This document shows positions 28,672 through 37,567 of a stretch of 64,000 bases of DNA, in pieces. The notes under the pieces were generated by a model. That model searched no databases, was not told the DNA's origin, and saw only the letters and a list, made by a program, of their open reading frames with translations. Positions within the stretch are counted from its first letter, which is position 1. The number at the start of each line of letters is the position of its first letter. Position numbers and translations under genes: made by a program. This DNA is from a virus (lineage: Duplodnaviria > Caudoviricetes), in the IMG/VR virus record IMGVR_UViG_3300010327_000802, positions 1 through 64,000 of that record; one strand, 5' to 3'.

Positions 28672-29505
28672 CTAGTCCAACCTCACAAAACAACCATATC
28701 CACCACCAACACCAACGTAATGTTTCCAAGCAACTCCATTTATATAAACAGTATCCCCTGGAGATAAACCTAGAGAATTACTATAATTTCCAGTAGCCAT
28801 AACTCCGTCCAATTGACCATGAACAAAATAAGGTGAATTTTGCTCTTGAACTATAGTCTCTAATATCATTATAGTACCCGCCGTAGTTTTGCAACCAACA
28901 TATAAGTCATAGGTGCCACCAACCTTTCCCCAACCATACATTTTTATACTAATGCTGCCTGTGTTGCTAACTAAGGATTTAAAAATTGGAGAACTAACGT
29001 TATTACTACTACCAAGAAAACCCAATGGATTTGAGGTGTAGGAAGAACTCTCACTATGTCCTATAAATAAAACATCTTTTAGTGAAGTATTAAATCTCTT
29101 CGGGTACCCTATATAATTCCCAAAACTCAAAGTTGTATTCATAAAAATGAATCTTTGATGATTAACGAGAAGTATATAGCCCTCTCCTTGATCTGTTGTT
29201 GTGTGCTTAACTATAACAGGCTTATTGGAAGAGTATCCAGTTAACATGGTACGCCCTGTATATGTTTTATTAGTAATATCCCAACCCTCAGCTATACCAA
29301 TAACAGAATAATTATTATAATTATCATCAACACTAAAAATAAAATCTATATCAGAGTTGGGATCAAGGTGCCCATATACTTTCTTATTTGTCCCCGCTTC
29401 TGGATCTACAGAAACCCAATAAGCAGATTGGTCTAACAAATTTTCATCCAAAATAGGTAATAAAGTTCCTACTCCCAGCTGTATTACTCCAGTATATAAA
29501 GCCAT
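28672..29505 (-). CDS. Putative tail fibre/receptor-binding associated protein
   Basis: Start reassigned to MALYTGV after AGGAGG; Gly/Ser/Tyr-rich beta protein. Confidence 0.55.
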   Translation of the reverse strand: MALYTGVIQLGVGTLLPILDENLLDQSAYWVSVDPEAGTNKKVYGHLDPNSDIDFIFSVDDNYNNYSVIGIAEGWDITNKTYTGRTMLTGYSSNKPVIVKHTTTDQGEGYILLVNHQRFIFMNTTLSFGNYIGYPKRFNTSLKDVLFIGHSESSSYTSNPLGFLGSSNNVSSPIFKSLVSNTGSISIKMYGWGKVGGTYDLYVGCKTTAGTIMILETIVQEQNSPYFVHGQLDGVMATGNYSNSLGLSPGDTVYINGVAWKHYVGVGGGYGCFVRLD

Positions 29506-29513
29506 ATTTCCTC

Positions 29514-31058
29514 CTAAATTACAAAACAAATATCTCCATCTTCTCCAACATCAGAAGATGGAACCTCTGGTAATATATAAATTCTATAGCCAAAGGTTAA
29601 ACCATTTTCCCCCTCACTTACCAAAACGGATCTGTTTGATTTACCAGTATAACTGTTTGGTGTATCTTTAATATTCAAAAAGCTATCTAACTTACTCGCT
29701 TTCAATTTATTATTATATACTATTATAGTATCCGCATCAATTTTATTTCCAAGGTAATCTGCTATATCATTCGCATCTATTTTCACTTTACCATCGGAAA
29801 CACCACCTGTTGTTGGAAGTGGGTATGCCCCATAAACTCCATCTTCATTTGTACCTAGATAATAATTTTTACCAAGTACGCAAGTCAAATCACGATAAGA
29901 ATGCACATGTGGTGGAACTGTAGACAAATCTGGTTTATTGATAATAATATCCCAATCTACACTTTTTACATATATTTTATGTGTAGTAGTATTAACCCCA
30001 AGAGTAATATTGTCTATTTTGTCGGTAAGAAACCCTACTACAGTATCCTGTGTATCAGCATAGACTTTACCATAATTTTTTACAAAAACTTTATGAAGAG
30101 TAGTATTAACCCCAAGGGTAACATTATCTACTTTATCTATTATAAAACCACGAATAGGATCTAAACTATCTGCATAAACTTTGCCATCTGAAATATTATT
30201 AGAAACAAAATTTAGTTGAACAAAGTAGAGTATACCGTCTCCAGGCAACTCATCATAAAATTGAAGACTTCCTTCATCTATAGGTGAATAATCAAACTCT
30301 TCAACAAGAATCTGGTTGTTAAGACTAATTAAAATAATCTTAGATGCAACTAAACCTTCAGGTAAAGTTAATATCCCATTTTGGATATTTAAGGTATTTA
30401 CTACATAATAAGCTTTGTATAGTGGTTCTTCTTCGTTATAAGGAGTAGGGCTGGTTTCTAAAATATTAAACCCACCACCACTGCTACTAAGGTATTCAGA
30501 ACAAAAGATAGCATTCAAATCCAATTCAAGCTGATTCCAAATAACAGATAAAGTAGGACCTAAACAACTAGCAATAATCGATTTGAATAAAGAAGAACCC
30601 AGCACCGCCCTCAAACTTATAAGCGTGCTTATAACCTGACGTGTCATACTCCCTTCTACATCTCTTAGAGGATCTATATCTGCACCTTCTTGGTAAACAA
30701 ATTCCCAATCTTGAAATGGATAGTGCTCTTTATAAAGATCATAAATTGAATCCAAATCATCAATTAGTGGTTGTAAAACTTCATTATACTTTGCTAAATC
30801 CTCTTCATTTTCTCCATAACTAATTAAATGTAATATATTTAAAAGTAATTTTAATCTAAAAGCATACTCTCTAGAAAAAACAATCCTAAAAATCCTTTCA
30901 TATAAAGTCTGTTCAGAATCACCTAATAGAAAGTTAACAATGCTGTCTTCCCCCTCATCAACTTCTCCCTCTATAAGTGAAAGTGGGGTAAATAGTTGAG
31001 ATATAATTGTTTCAACAACATCTTGTGGGTTAGATAAGTGAATTGGGCAGTCAAACAT
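29514..31058 (-). CDS. Putative fibre/virion structural protein with internal 38-aa repeats
   Basis: GKVYAD..D...GF..DK.DN.TLGVNTT.HK repeated with 114-bp period; FLNIKDTPNSYTG fibre motif. Confidence 0.6.
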   Translation of the reverse strand: MFDCPIHLSNPQDVVETIISQLFTPLSLIEGEVDEGEDSIVNFLLGDSEQTLYERIFRIVFSREYAFRLKLLLNILHLISYGENEEDLAKYNEVLQPLIDDLDSIYDLYKEHYPFQDWEFVYQEGADIDPLRDVEGSMTRQVISTLISLRAVLGSSLFKSIIASCLGPTLSVIWNQLELDLNAIFCSEYLSSSGGGFNILETSPTPYNEEEPLYKAYYVVNTLNIQNGILTLPEGLVASKIILISLNNQILVEEFDYSPIDEGSLQFYDELPGDGILYFVQLNFVSNNISDGKVYADSLDPIRGFIIDKVDNVTLGVNTTLHKVFVKNYGKVYADTQDTVVGFLTDKIDNITLGVNTTTHKIYVKSVDWDIIINKPDLSTVPPHVHSYRDLTCVLGKNYYLGTNEDGVYGAYPLPTTGGVSDGKVKIDANDIADYLGNKIDADTIIVYNNKLKASKLDSFLNIKDTPNSYTGKSNRSVLVSEGENGLTFGYRIYILPEVPSSDVGEDGDICFVI

Positions 31059-31068
31059 ATTTTATTAC

Positions 31069-32433
31069 TTATTCCTCAAAAACAGTCAAATATCTTTTGG
31101 ATGAAATATAGCCCAACTCAAAAAGATCATGAATATAGTCAAAGACTTTTAGCCCAATATCTATACGATAATACCCATTTGGGATTATAATATCCTCAAT
31201 ATTTTCGTATGCCTTATCTATAGATCCCTGCAAAGTTTGATCCATTCCAACCGCCACAAAAACCCTAGAGTGAGTAGGAACAGAACGAATATACCCCTTG
31301 TCGTCTTTATATATTCCAGCCGGTATATGTTTATACAGATAATCAGGGTTTTTAACTCGAATAATAACATTATCCCCAGAAGTAGGGGAAGATAAGTTAT
31401 CTACATTTGCACAAACTCCTGTCAGCCAATCAGGTGAAATATCTATCCGTTTCATTATTCCTTTAGTTACATCATAAAATATCTTTCCAAGCGGTGTTTT
31501 TATTGCTGGTAACATTATAGATATATGTGGATACCCAAATCTTGATGTATGCTCTAAATAATAAGGTTTTCCATCTTTATAAGAAACAATGGCGTTTATA
31601 TCCACATAGCCAATTCCATAATTCTCCTTATACCACTTTTCATATTTACCAAACATAATTTCAAAAAGATTGTCCACATCACTATTATCCTTATTAAAAA
31701 TAACTGTTCCCATTTCACCAGTCATTTTACCAAGCTCTCCAGGAAATAACCGTTTATGCTCAAAATTCATATTCCAAGGCATAACAAAGCCATCAGGTCC
31801 TACAAAAACTCCCATTGCTACTTCAATACCATCCACATAATCTGTTACAAGAATTTCAGTAGAATCATCAATCCCCTTTTCTTTCAGGTTTTCTAAATGA
31901 ATAACCGCATCTTCATTATCAACAGAAACATAAGTTTTTATACTTGAATCCCCAATTTTATTTAGCTTGATAACAGGTCGATTGAACTCTTCTTCCTCTA
32001 TATCCTTTATAGCTTCAATAATTGGTGAAGCATATTTTGAAAGATGTTTATTTGAATAGACTTTAGATTTTGGGAAATATTCATATATGCCTGCTTCCTT
32101 TGCATACCCTCTATCATTTTCAAGCCTTGTGCCTTTTTCAGATGCTCCCCAAACTAACTTGCCTTCCTCTCTTAACTTATCTGCAGCTTCCCCCCAGAAA
32201 ACATCTGTGAAAATAATTACATCTACGTCATCAACATATTTTTCATAGTTTTCAACAAATTTAACTCCAGCCTCCTCAAGAAATCCCTTTCCGTAAAGAA
32301 TATCAGATTGCTCCGGGGTGCTTCTTTGCCAAGAAACGTAATAATAAACTTTTTCTCCCTCTTCCGCCAATCTATAGGCTATAGATTCAGCTAATCCAGT
32401 GTCAACTATTAGGTATTTCATTTGTGGGTACAC
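31069..32433 (-). CDS. PurD (GAR synthetase)-like ATP-grasp ligase
   Basis: WGASEKGTRLENDR, RPVIK, DYVDGIEV, EHKRLFPGELGKMTGEMG, LEHTSRFGYP, RVFVAVG, YYRIDIG align by eye with PurD motifs along the full length. Confidence 0.8.
   Translation of the reverse strand: MYPQMKYLIVDTGLAESIAYRLAEEGEKVYYYVSWQRSTPEQSDILYGKGFLEEAGVKFVENYEKYVDDVDVIIFTDVFWGEAADKLREEGKLVWGASEKGTRLENDRGYAKEAGIYEYFPKSKVYSNKHLSKYASPIIEAIKDIEEEEFNRPVIKLNKIGDSSIKTYVSVDNEDAVIHLENLKEKGIDDSTEILVTDYVDGIEVAMGVFVGPDGFVMPWNMNFEHKRLFPGELGKMTGEMGTVIFNKDNSDVDNLFEIMFGKYEKWYKENYGIGYVDINAIVSYKDGKPYYLEHTSRFGYPHISIMLPAIKTPLGKIFYDVTKGIMKRIDISPDWLTGVCANVDNLSSPTSGDNVIIRVKNPDYLYKHIPAGIYKDDKGYIRSVPTHSRVFVAVGMDQTLQGSIDKAYENIEDIIIPNGYYRIDIGLKVFDYIHDLFELGYISSKRYLTVFEE
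32024..32051. repeat. Dispersed 28-bp direct repeat, copy 2
   Basis: ggtgaagcatattttgaaagatgtttat; 27/28 identical to 25073-25100; encodes KHLSKYASP. Confidence 0.95.
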
Positions 32434-32719
32434 TCGTTCCTACATATAAGCCCGATACACTTTTAATATACTGGGAGTAAATTTCCGGAGCAGGAATAAA
32501 GTACGCATTCCAGTTTTTAACAACTATAGTTTTATCCTCTGAAGGGATTGGTAAAAACATCAATACTTGCCTCCCTGAAATATCTTGAACCCCAACCTGT
32601 ACAAATACTGGACGGGACAATAAAAAGCTATCATCCATAATTTTATCCACCCTACCCATTACCCATAGATCACCAACTATAAATATTATAACTTCCCCTT
32701 CTTCAATTTTCTTAAACAT
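32402..32719 (-). CDS. Small Sm-like/beta-barrel phage protein
   Basis: GDLWVMGRV...DSFLLSRPV...FLP...P.PEIYSQY pattern like the small Sm-fold proteins of large myoviruses. Confidence 0.5.
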   Translation of the reverse strand: MFKKIEEGEVIIFIVGDLWVMGRVDKIMDDSFLLSRPVFVQVGVQDISGRQVLMFLPIPSEDKTIVVKNWNAYFIPAPEIYSQYIKSVSGLYVGTSVPTNEIPNS

Positions 32720-32728
32720 TTTTACCTC

Positions 32729-34621
32729 CTATTTTTCTAAATCTGCCATTCTACCCGAAAACCTTACTCGACCACCCTTCCCCGCTCCACTAAAGGGATT
32801 ATAAACTCTAGCAACTGGAGCAGGACTACGTGATGGTTGAGGGGGGGATAACATGGCTAAAGGTGAAACTTGTGATACTGTCATGTAAACTGGTCTAGCA
32901 ACAAAAAAGTTAGGAGAATTTTGTGAAAAGTATGCATGTTCATCAGATTCTTTAGAAAGTTTAAATACTTTTCCAAACCAAGAGATAGCACTAACTACGG
33001 CATCAGTAATATCTTGATAACCTACAATTACTCTCGGTTTAGAGTTTCCTCTAGGAACAGCTAAAGCCCTTACCTGTTCGAGAAACTCATAAGACTCAAG
33101 CTGATTGGGAAGTCTTATACTAGAAGGTGCAGTATAAAATAAATTTTTCATTAAGTAATAATCATCTAGAACTACTGGTTTATCATCCCATTCATGCGAG
33201 ATATTTTTCCACCCAGCCGTATTCCACTTATCTGATCTGATTTTTGTTATTCTTAACATTCTTGAGATTTTAACAACAATCTCAAAGAAATTATACACAT
33301 CAATTGTTGTTCCCGTTTCTTTATCCGTTCTCCAAACCATAAGCGTATCTACTACAAAAGTAGGTTGGTTGTTTAATATTTCTCCGTGAGCAACACAAAG
33401 AGCAGCCATACAATCAACTTCGCCAGCGTCAACTCCCATAAAATATTCTACTGGTTTAGGAGGATAATTTAGTTTTAAAGAAAGAGGATTATACCTATAC
33501 TTATACCCTCCAGTCGTAGTACGAACCCTCTCTGGTTCGGCAGATAATAATGAAGGTCTTTCTGAATCGATAAATAAATCTACAGGAGTTCTATCTAAAA
33601 TATCAAACCATTTAGCCCCAGATACTGATAAAGGTAAAGCTATGTATTTTGAAACACTAGAAGCATAATCTCTACTAAAAGAAGAAGCAAGTTCAATTGG
33701 AACATCATACTCCTTATTAAACTCTCTTACATATAGTTTAAAGGTTTCTTTCGATTCAAATCTACTAGCTGGGGCTACTTCCCAAGTAGGATAGTGTGAA
33801 GTAATTGCATTAGGTATCTTACCCTCATTTATCTTTTTATATAGATTATAAGTAAAATCAACATCTGAAGTTAATCTTGGATATGAGGTTACTATCCCAA
33901 GATAGGGCAGTTCTCTTGTAGAACTAGTCAAAGTTTCAAAGATTTTATTAGCATTTGGCTGCCCCGAAGCCGAAATATGACCTGAAGCTTCATCCATAAC
34001 CCAACCAATTAGTGTGAGTCCTTCAAAAGATTCATTTCTCGAAGGTACGGACATAAATTCTAAATTAATCGCATCAAACCGTATAGTTTCAGTAGTCATT
34101 CTTATCTTAGGTAATCTTGTATCAGCTACGTCTTCATTTATAATCTTATTTCCACTCTCAATAGGAAAACTACCAAAAAAAGTAGACCTGCTTATACGGG
34201 CTTTTACTCTATCAAATATTTTCTTCGACATATTCTGGTTGGTAGAAACAACTACAATTGATAATGGATCCGAAGGAGATAAGCCAAAGAAACTACTAGG
34301 GTTGGGTTTTAAAAAATGTAACAAATAAATAATATAAGTCATTAGTGCTGTGCTTACAGTTCCTTTTCCACTTCCTTTCCCCCATAAAAGGACAACAAGG
34401 TTAGGATGATTTCCTTTCTTAAAAAACTTTTCAGCACTACCTTCCCAACCAGCTTTACCTAAAGCCCTTTTACACTCTTTTTCTTGGTTAGGAGTAAACT
34501 TTACTTCTTTAATATCTTTATACAAAAAAGATAGAAAATCCCAGGGCTCTGTGTGTGGTAAGCTTATTGAGTGTCGTTCCTCGTAGCTTTCAAAAACTAC
34601 CCTCCAATCTAAATCAGCCAT
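32729..34621 (-). CDS. terL: Terminase large subunit
   Basis: Walker A WGKGSGKG, Walker B WVMDEA, nuclease YFMGVD and C-terminal QDITDA. Confidence 0.9.
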   Translation of the reverse strand: MADLDWRVVFESYEERHSISLPHTEPWDFLSFLYKDIKEVKFTPNQEKECKRALGKAGWEGSAEKFFKKGNHPNLVVLLWGKGSGKGTVSTALMTYIIYLLHFLKPNPSSFFGLSPSDPLSIVVVSTNQNMSKKIFDRVKARISRSTFFGSFPIESGNKIINEDVADTRLPKIRMTTETIRFDAINLEFMSVPSRNESFEGLTLIGWVMDEASGHISASGQPNANKIFETLTSSTRELPYLGIVTSYPRLTSDVDFTYNLYKKINEGKIPNAITSHYPTWEVAPASRFESKETFKLYVREFNKEYDVPIELASSFSRDYASSVSKYIALPLSVSGAKWFDILDRTPVDLFIDSERPSLLSAEPERVRTTTGGYKYRYNPLSLKLNYPPKPVEYFMGVDAGEVDCMAALCVAHGEILNNQPTFVVDTLMVWRTDKETGTTIDVYNFFEIVVKISRMLRITKIRSDKWNTAGWKNISHEWDDKPVVLDDYYLMKNLFYTAPSSIRLPNQLESYEFLEQVRALAVPRGNSKPRVIVGYQDITDAVVSAISWFGKVFKLSKESDEHAYFSQNSPNFFVARPVYMTVSQVSPLAMLSPPQPSRSPAPVARVYNPFSGAGKGGRVRFSGRMADLEK

Positions 34622-34624
34622 GTC

Positions 34625-35122
34625 TTACCACTCCTCCCCACTTCTCCAAATTCTTTTCCCACCCATTCTTGCAATGGTAAAGCTGTTTATCACAAAACCA
34701 AAATCTACATGGATATATTTGTAATCATACTTTTCTCCACCAATTCTTGCTAGTTTACAGTTACTTCTCACAAAATCCTTAAGTATTTTATTATTATTAT
34801 CCTTTAGTGATATATCCATTGCTAACCCGAAATTATGTGGGCTTACATTCTGTTTATATTCAAGTTTCTTTTGACAAGCAGAGCATCTATAAAGCTCTAC
34901 ACAAAATAAATCTGGAAAATTATCTAAAGCAGTTTTATAAATCTCTAACATAACTAAGAAAGCATTCTGTTCTCTGTCATTTAATTTAGAAATATCCAAC
35001 TCTTCTTTACAGTAATTACATTTAAACCTACTTAGTGGTAGTCCTTTTAAAAATATATTTCTATTAAGATTATCTTCTAACTCAGGATAAAAAGAGAGTA
35101 GAAAATTCTTTATGTTACTCAA
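34625..35122 (-). CDS. Peptidase M15 family Zn peptidoglycan peptidase
   Basis: FKCNYC, YRC, SPHNFGLAMDI, YIHVD. Confidence 0.8.
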   Translation of the reverse strand: MSNIKNFLLSFYPELEDNLNRNIFLKGLPLSRFKCNYCKEELDISKLNDREQNAFLVMLEIYKTALDNFPDLFCVELYRCSACQKKLEYKQNVSPHNFGLAMDISLKDNNNKILKDFVRSNCKLARIGGEKYDYKYIHVDFGFVINSFTIARMGGKRIWRSGEEW

Positions 35123-35441
35123 TATCGTTAGTTTTCTCTACCTTTGGAAGGTCCAAATAAAATTGTTCCTTTGACACTTCTTCGAAATCCAGATCCTTCA
35201 AGACTTCTACAAATTTATCATAATTTTCACCACTAATTTCGTATGAAGTAAGCATGACAAAAGCCAACTTTTCTAAAATGAAAAAGGTAGAATCTGGAAA
35301 GAATACGCTCTCACCAATAACAAAAGCAGTTTTATCATTAGCAAAACCAGCAGCTTCTTTTGGTAGTTCCTTGCAAAAAAGAGTACCTTTTAAATTATCA
35401 TCCATTAGATAGATACAAAAGTATGATTTTACTTGATCCAT
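35115..35441 (-). CDS. Hypothetical protein
   Basis: GGAGG RBS; 108 aa. Confidence 0.7.
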   Translation of the reverse strand: MDQVKSYFCIYLMDDNLKGTLFCKELPKEAAGFANDKTAFVIGESVFFPDSTFFILEKLAFVMLTSYEISGENYDKFVEVLKDLDFEEVSKEQFYLDLPKVEKTNDIE

Positions 35442-35452
35442 GTCTCCTCCCT

Positions 35453-36424
35453 CTAACTATCTGATACGTCTGGATATTTTAACATAAGGGTATCCTTATG
35501 CTTACTCCTTATATCAAAGATATAAATATTCTGGTAGGGTATTTCTAATGATCCGTAATATGGATGTGATACTTTATACCCCGTAAGCGTCTTCTCTATC
35601 TTTAGTTCTTTATCTTTTATTTCATCCAGCCCTAAAACTTTTGTTCCATATAGTCTGTCATTAACTATAAGATAAGGACCTAATTTATTATGCATCAATA
35701 ACCCAAAAGGAATATTAGTAGGGGTCTCTTGGTGTGGGTATAGATATCCATTAAATTCTTCCCAAACTAAATGGTATTTATTTTTCTCCAAAACAACAAC
35801 CTTCCTTCCGTCAGGGTATTTCTTAAAATATATATTCTGTTTAGGAAAAGATATTTTGTGGTAAAGCAGCGAAGAAGAAGCAGGAGTAACTGAAAAATTA
35901 CCTTTAACAAGATGAACCAATATCTCGCCCCAAACAAACTGGGCAACGAAACTTTGTGGAAGAAACTTTAGAAAAGCATCCTCCCCAGTTAATTCTTGTA
36001 AAGATAATGCTTGTGCTTTTAACCAGGTGTAATATAAAGGTAACCCTCTTTTTAATGGATCGTCTACTTTATCAAGTTTAATCGGGTGTAACAAAGAAAA
36101 GATATACCCATACTGACTATGAATACTTTTGTGGATTATTATTTCGTCATCAATAGTTATATCTACTTTTTCCTTAAGTACTTTAGGATCATTTACAACC
36201 AGCGCTTGTCTATACTGTTTCGTTCCATCTGAATATTCAACCGCTCCAGTATTGTAGTAAACTAAATCATCTTCTATTTTTTCTATCTCTCCTGGCGGGT
36301 AAATCCATTCTCCTGAAAATCTACCCCTACCAAGCAGTATAGCTTTTTTTGGATTAGCTTCAAATGAAACAACATAGTAGCTTGTTCTTTCATTCTCGAA
36401 GATAAACTTCTTATGTACTTTCAT
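35453..36424 (-). CDS. Hypothetical protein
   Basis: AGGAGG RBS; 323 aa. Confidence 0.75.
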   Translation of the reverse strand: MKVHKKFIFENERTSYYVVSFEANPKKAILLGRGRFSGEWIYPPGEIEKIEDDLVYYNTGAVEYSDGTKQYRQALVVNDPKVLKEKVDITIDDEIIIHKSIHSQYGYIFSLLHPIKLDKVDDPLKRGLPLYYTWLKAQALSLQELTGEDAFLKFLPQSFVAQFVWGEILVHLVKGNFSVTPASSSLLYHKISFPKQNIYFKKYPDGRKVVVLEKNKYHLVWEEFNGYLYPHQETPTNIPFGLLMHNKLGPYLIVNDRLYGTKVLGLDEIKDKELKIEKTLTGYKVSHPYYGSLEIPYQNIYIFDIRSKHKDTLMLKYPDVSDS

Positions 36425-36443
36425 AAAATCCTCCTATTTTTAG

Positions 36444-36710
36444 TTAAAATAAATAATCTAACTCTCCATTCATAAACTTTATTACCCTATCGGGTTTGTT
36501 TAATGTTTTTCCGCTTTCTATCCAAGCAGTTATAACTTTCTTTGCTTGGTCTTTACTTAAATATACCCTTTTCTTTCCCTTTCCAGGTAAAAGATTATCT
36601 GGAAGTACCTTTTTATCAATTAGAAGATTTATAAAGTCCCTGATAACATGGTAATTAGCGTCTAACACCCAACAAAGATCCCATAGAGTATATCTAATTT
36701 CTCTTTTCAT
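36444..36710 (-). CDS. Small putative HTH (MerR/excisionase-like) DNA-binding protein
   Basis: YTLWDLCWVLDANYHVIRDFI...LP...GKKRVYLSKDQA pattern. Confidence 0.5.
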   Translation of the reverse strand: MKREIRYTLWDLCWVLDANYHVIRDFINLLIDKKVLPDNLLPGKGKKRVYLSKDQAKKVITAWIESGKTLNKPDRVIKFMNGELDYLF

Positions 36711-36713
36711 ATT

Positions 36714-36875
36714 TTATTCTCCTTTAGTTATTTTTATCTTGTCCAACAGCCCCTCCATCCCTAAATAGATAAGTGCCACCGCAAGCCAAATCACACTATC
36801 TATTTTACCAAAATACAATAAAGCGGTAGCAATAACAAATACCAAGAATTTACGTGATAGAAATTTTTTCATCAT
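36714..36875 (-). CDS. Putative holin, 53 aa (missed by the ORF track)
   Basis: MMKKFLSRKFLVFVIATALLYFGKIDSVIWLAVALIYLGMEGLLDKIKITKGE: SRKF motif, two hydrophobic helices, basic tail, Met-Met start, GAGG RBS. Confidence 0.7.
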   Translation of the reverse strand: MMKKFLSRKFLVFVIATALLYFGKIDSVIWLAVALIYLGMEGLLDKIKITKGE

Positions 36876-36897
36876 CAGACATCCTCTTATACTAACT

Positions 36898-37557
36898 CTA
36901 ATTCCGCAATTCTAATTCCGGAATAAAGATATACGGACTTACAAATACGAAATCCGTGACATCATAAAGCCCCATGCTATGGATAACAACCTTAAGTGGG
37001 TCGCAAGTAGCTAAGCTGTGGAATTCTATTCTGCAGGCGGGGGTTTGGGCTGTTTTATTAGATGGGAATTGCGTAATTAAAGAAGGTAGCTGTGTACGGA
37101 GATTAAGTGGAGTGGTAAAGTTCAAAGCGTTATAAAGAAAACCTGCCCCACATCTTACTCTTGTGAAGTCGCCTGGTTCTGTTGCCAACGTTATTTGTGA
37201 ATAATAAGTGAGGTTTTGCCCCTCAGTGACGGTATAGTCAACTACAACCACGTATTTATGGTTAGCTAAATAAGTAAAATTATCCGCTGAATTTATTGTG
37301 AGATTAACCCCATCAGTCCCTGCCACTTTAGTAAATGTTATTTCCATACCGTCATCCACTTGTGCCAAGCTGTAAGTCAGTGTATATTCTGTGTCTTTTT
37401 CTGTAAATACCCAACCAGTAGGTACACCACCACTCCAAGTCTTAAAATCATAATTAGCATTAAGGGGTGGTATCTTCTTGTCTTTTATAAGTTGCAATAA
37501 CTCTGTCATATCTCTTGGTCTTTCTATGTCAACGTATGGTTGAAATTTTCCTTTCAT
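36898..37557 (-). CDS. Putative virion protein with carbohydrate-binding-like domain
   Basis: NYDFKTWSGGVPTGW start of a CBM-like jelly roll; RBS present. Confidence 0.5.
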   Translation of the reverse strand: MKGKFQPYVDIERPRDMTELLQLIKDKKIPPLNANYDFKTWSGGVPTGWVFTEKDTEYTLTYSLAQVDDGMEITFTKVAGTDGVNLTINSADNFTYLANHKYVVVVDYTVTEGQNLTYYSQITLATEPGDFTRVRCGAGFLYNALNFTTPLNLRTQLPSLITQFPSNKTAQTPACRIEFHSLATCDPLKVVIHSMGLYDVTDFVFVSPYIFIPELELRN

Positions 37558-37567
37558 TTATCACCTC

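Noticed and set aside
31069-32433. Assigning the symbol purD or a Z-genome (PurZ) pathway
   Set aside because: A key PurD loop differs and the purine context is absent; PurZ belongs to the PurA family, not this fold
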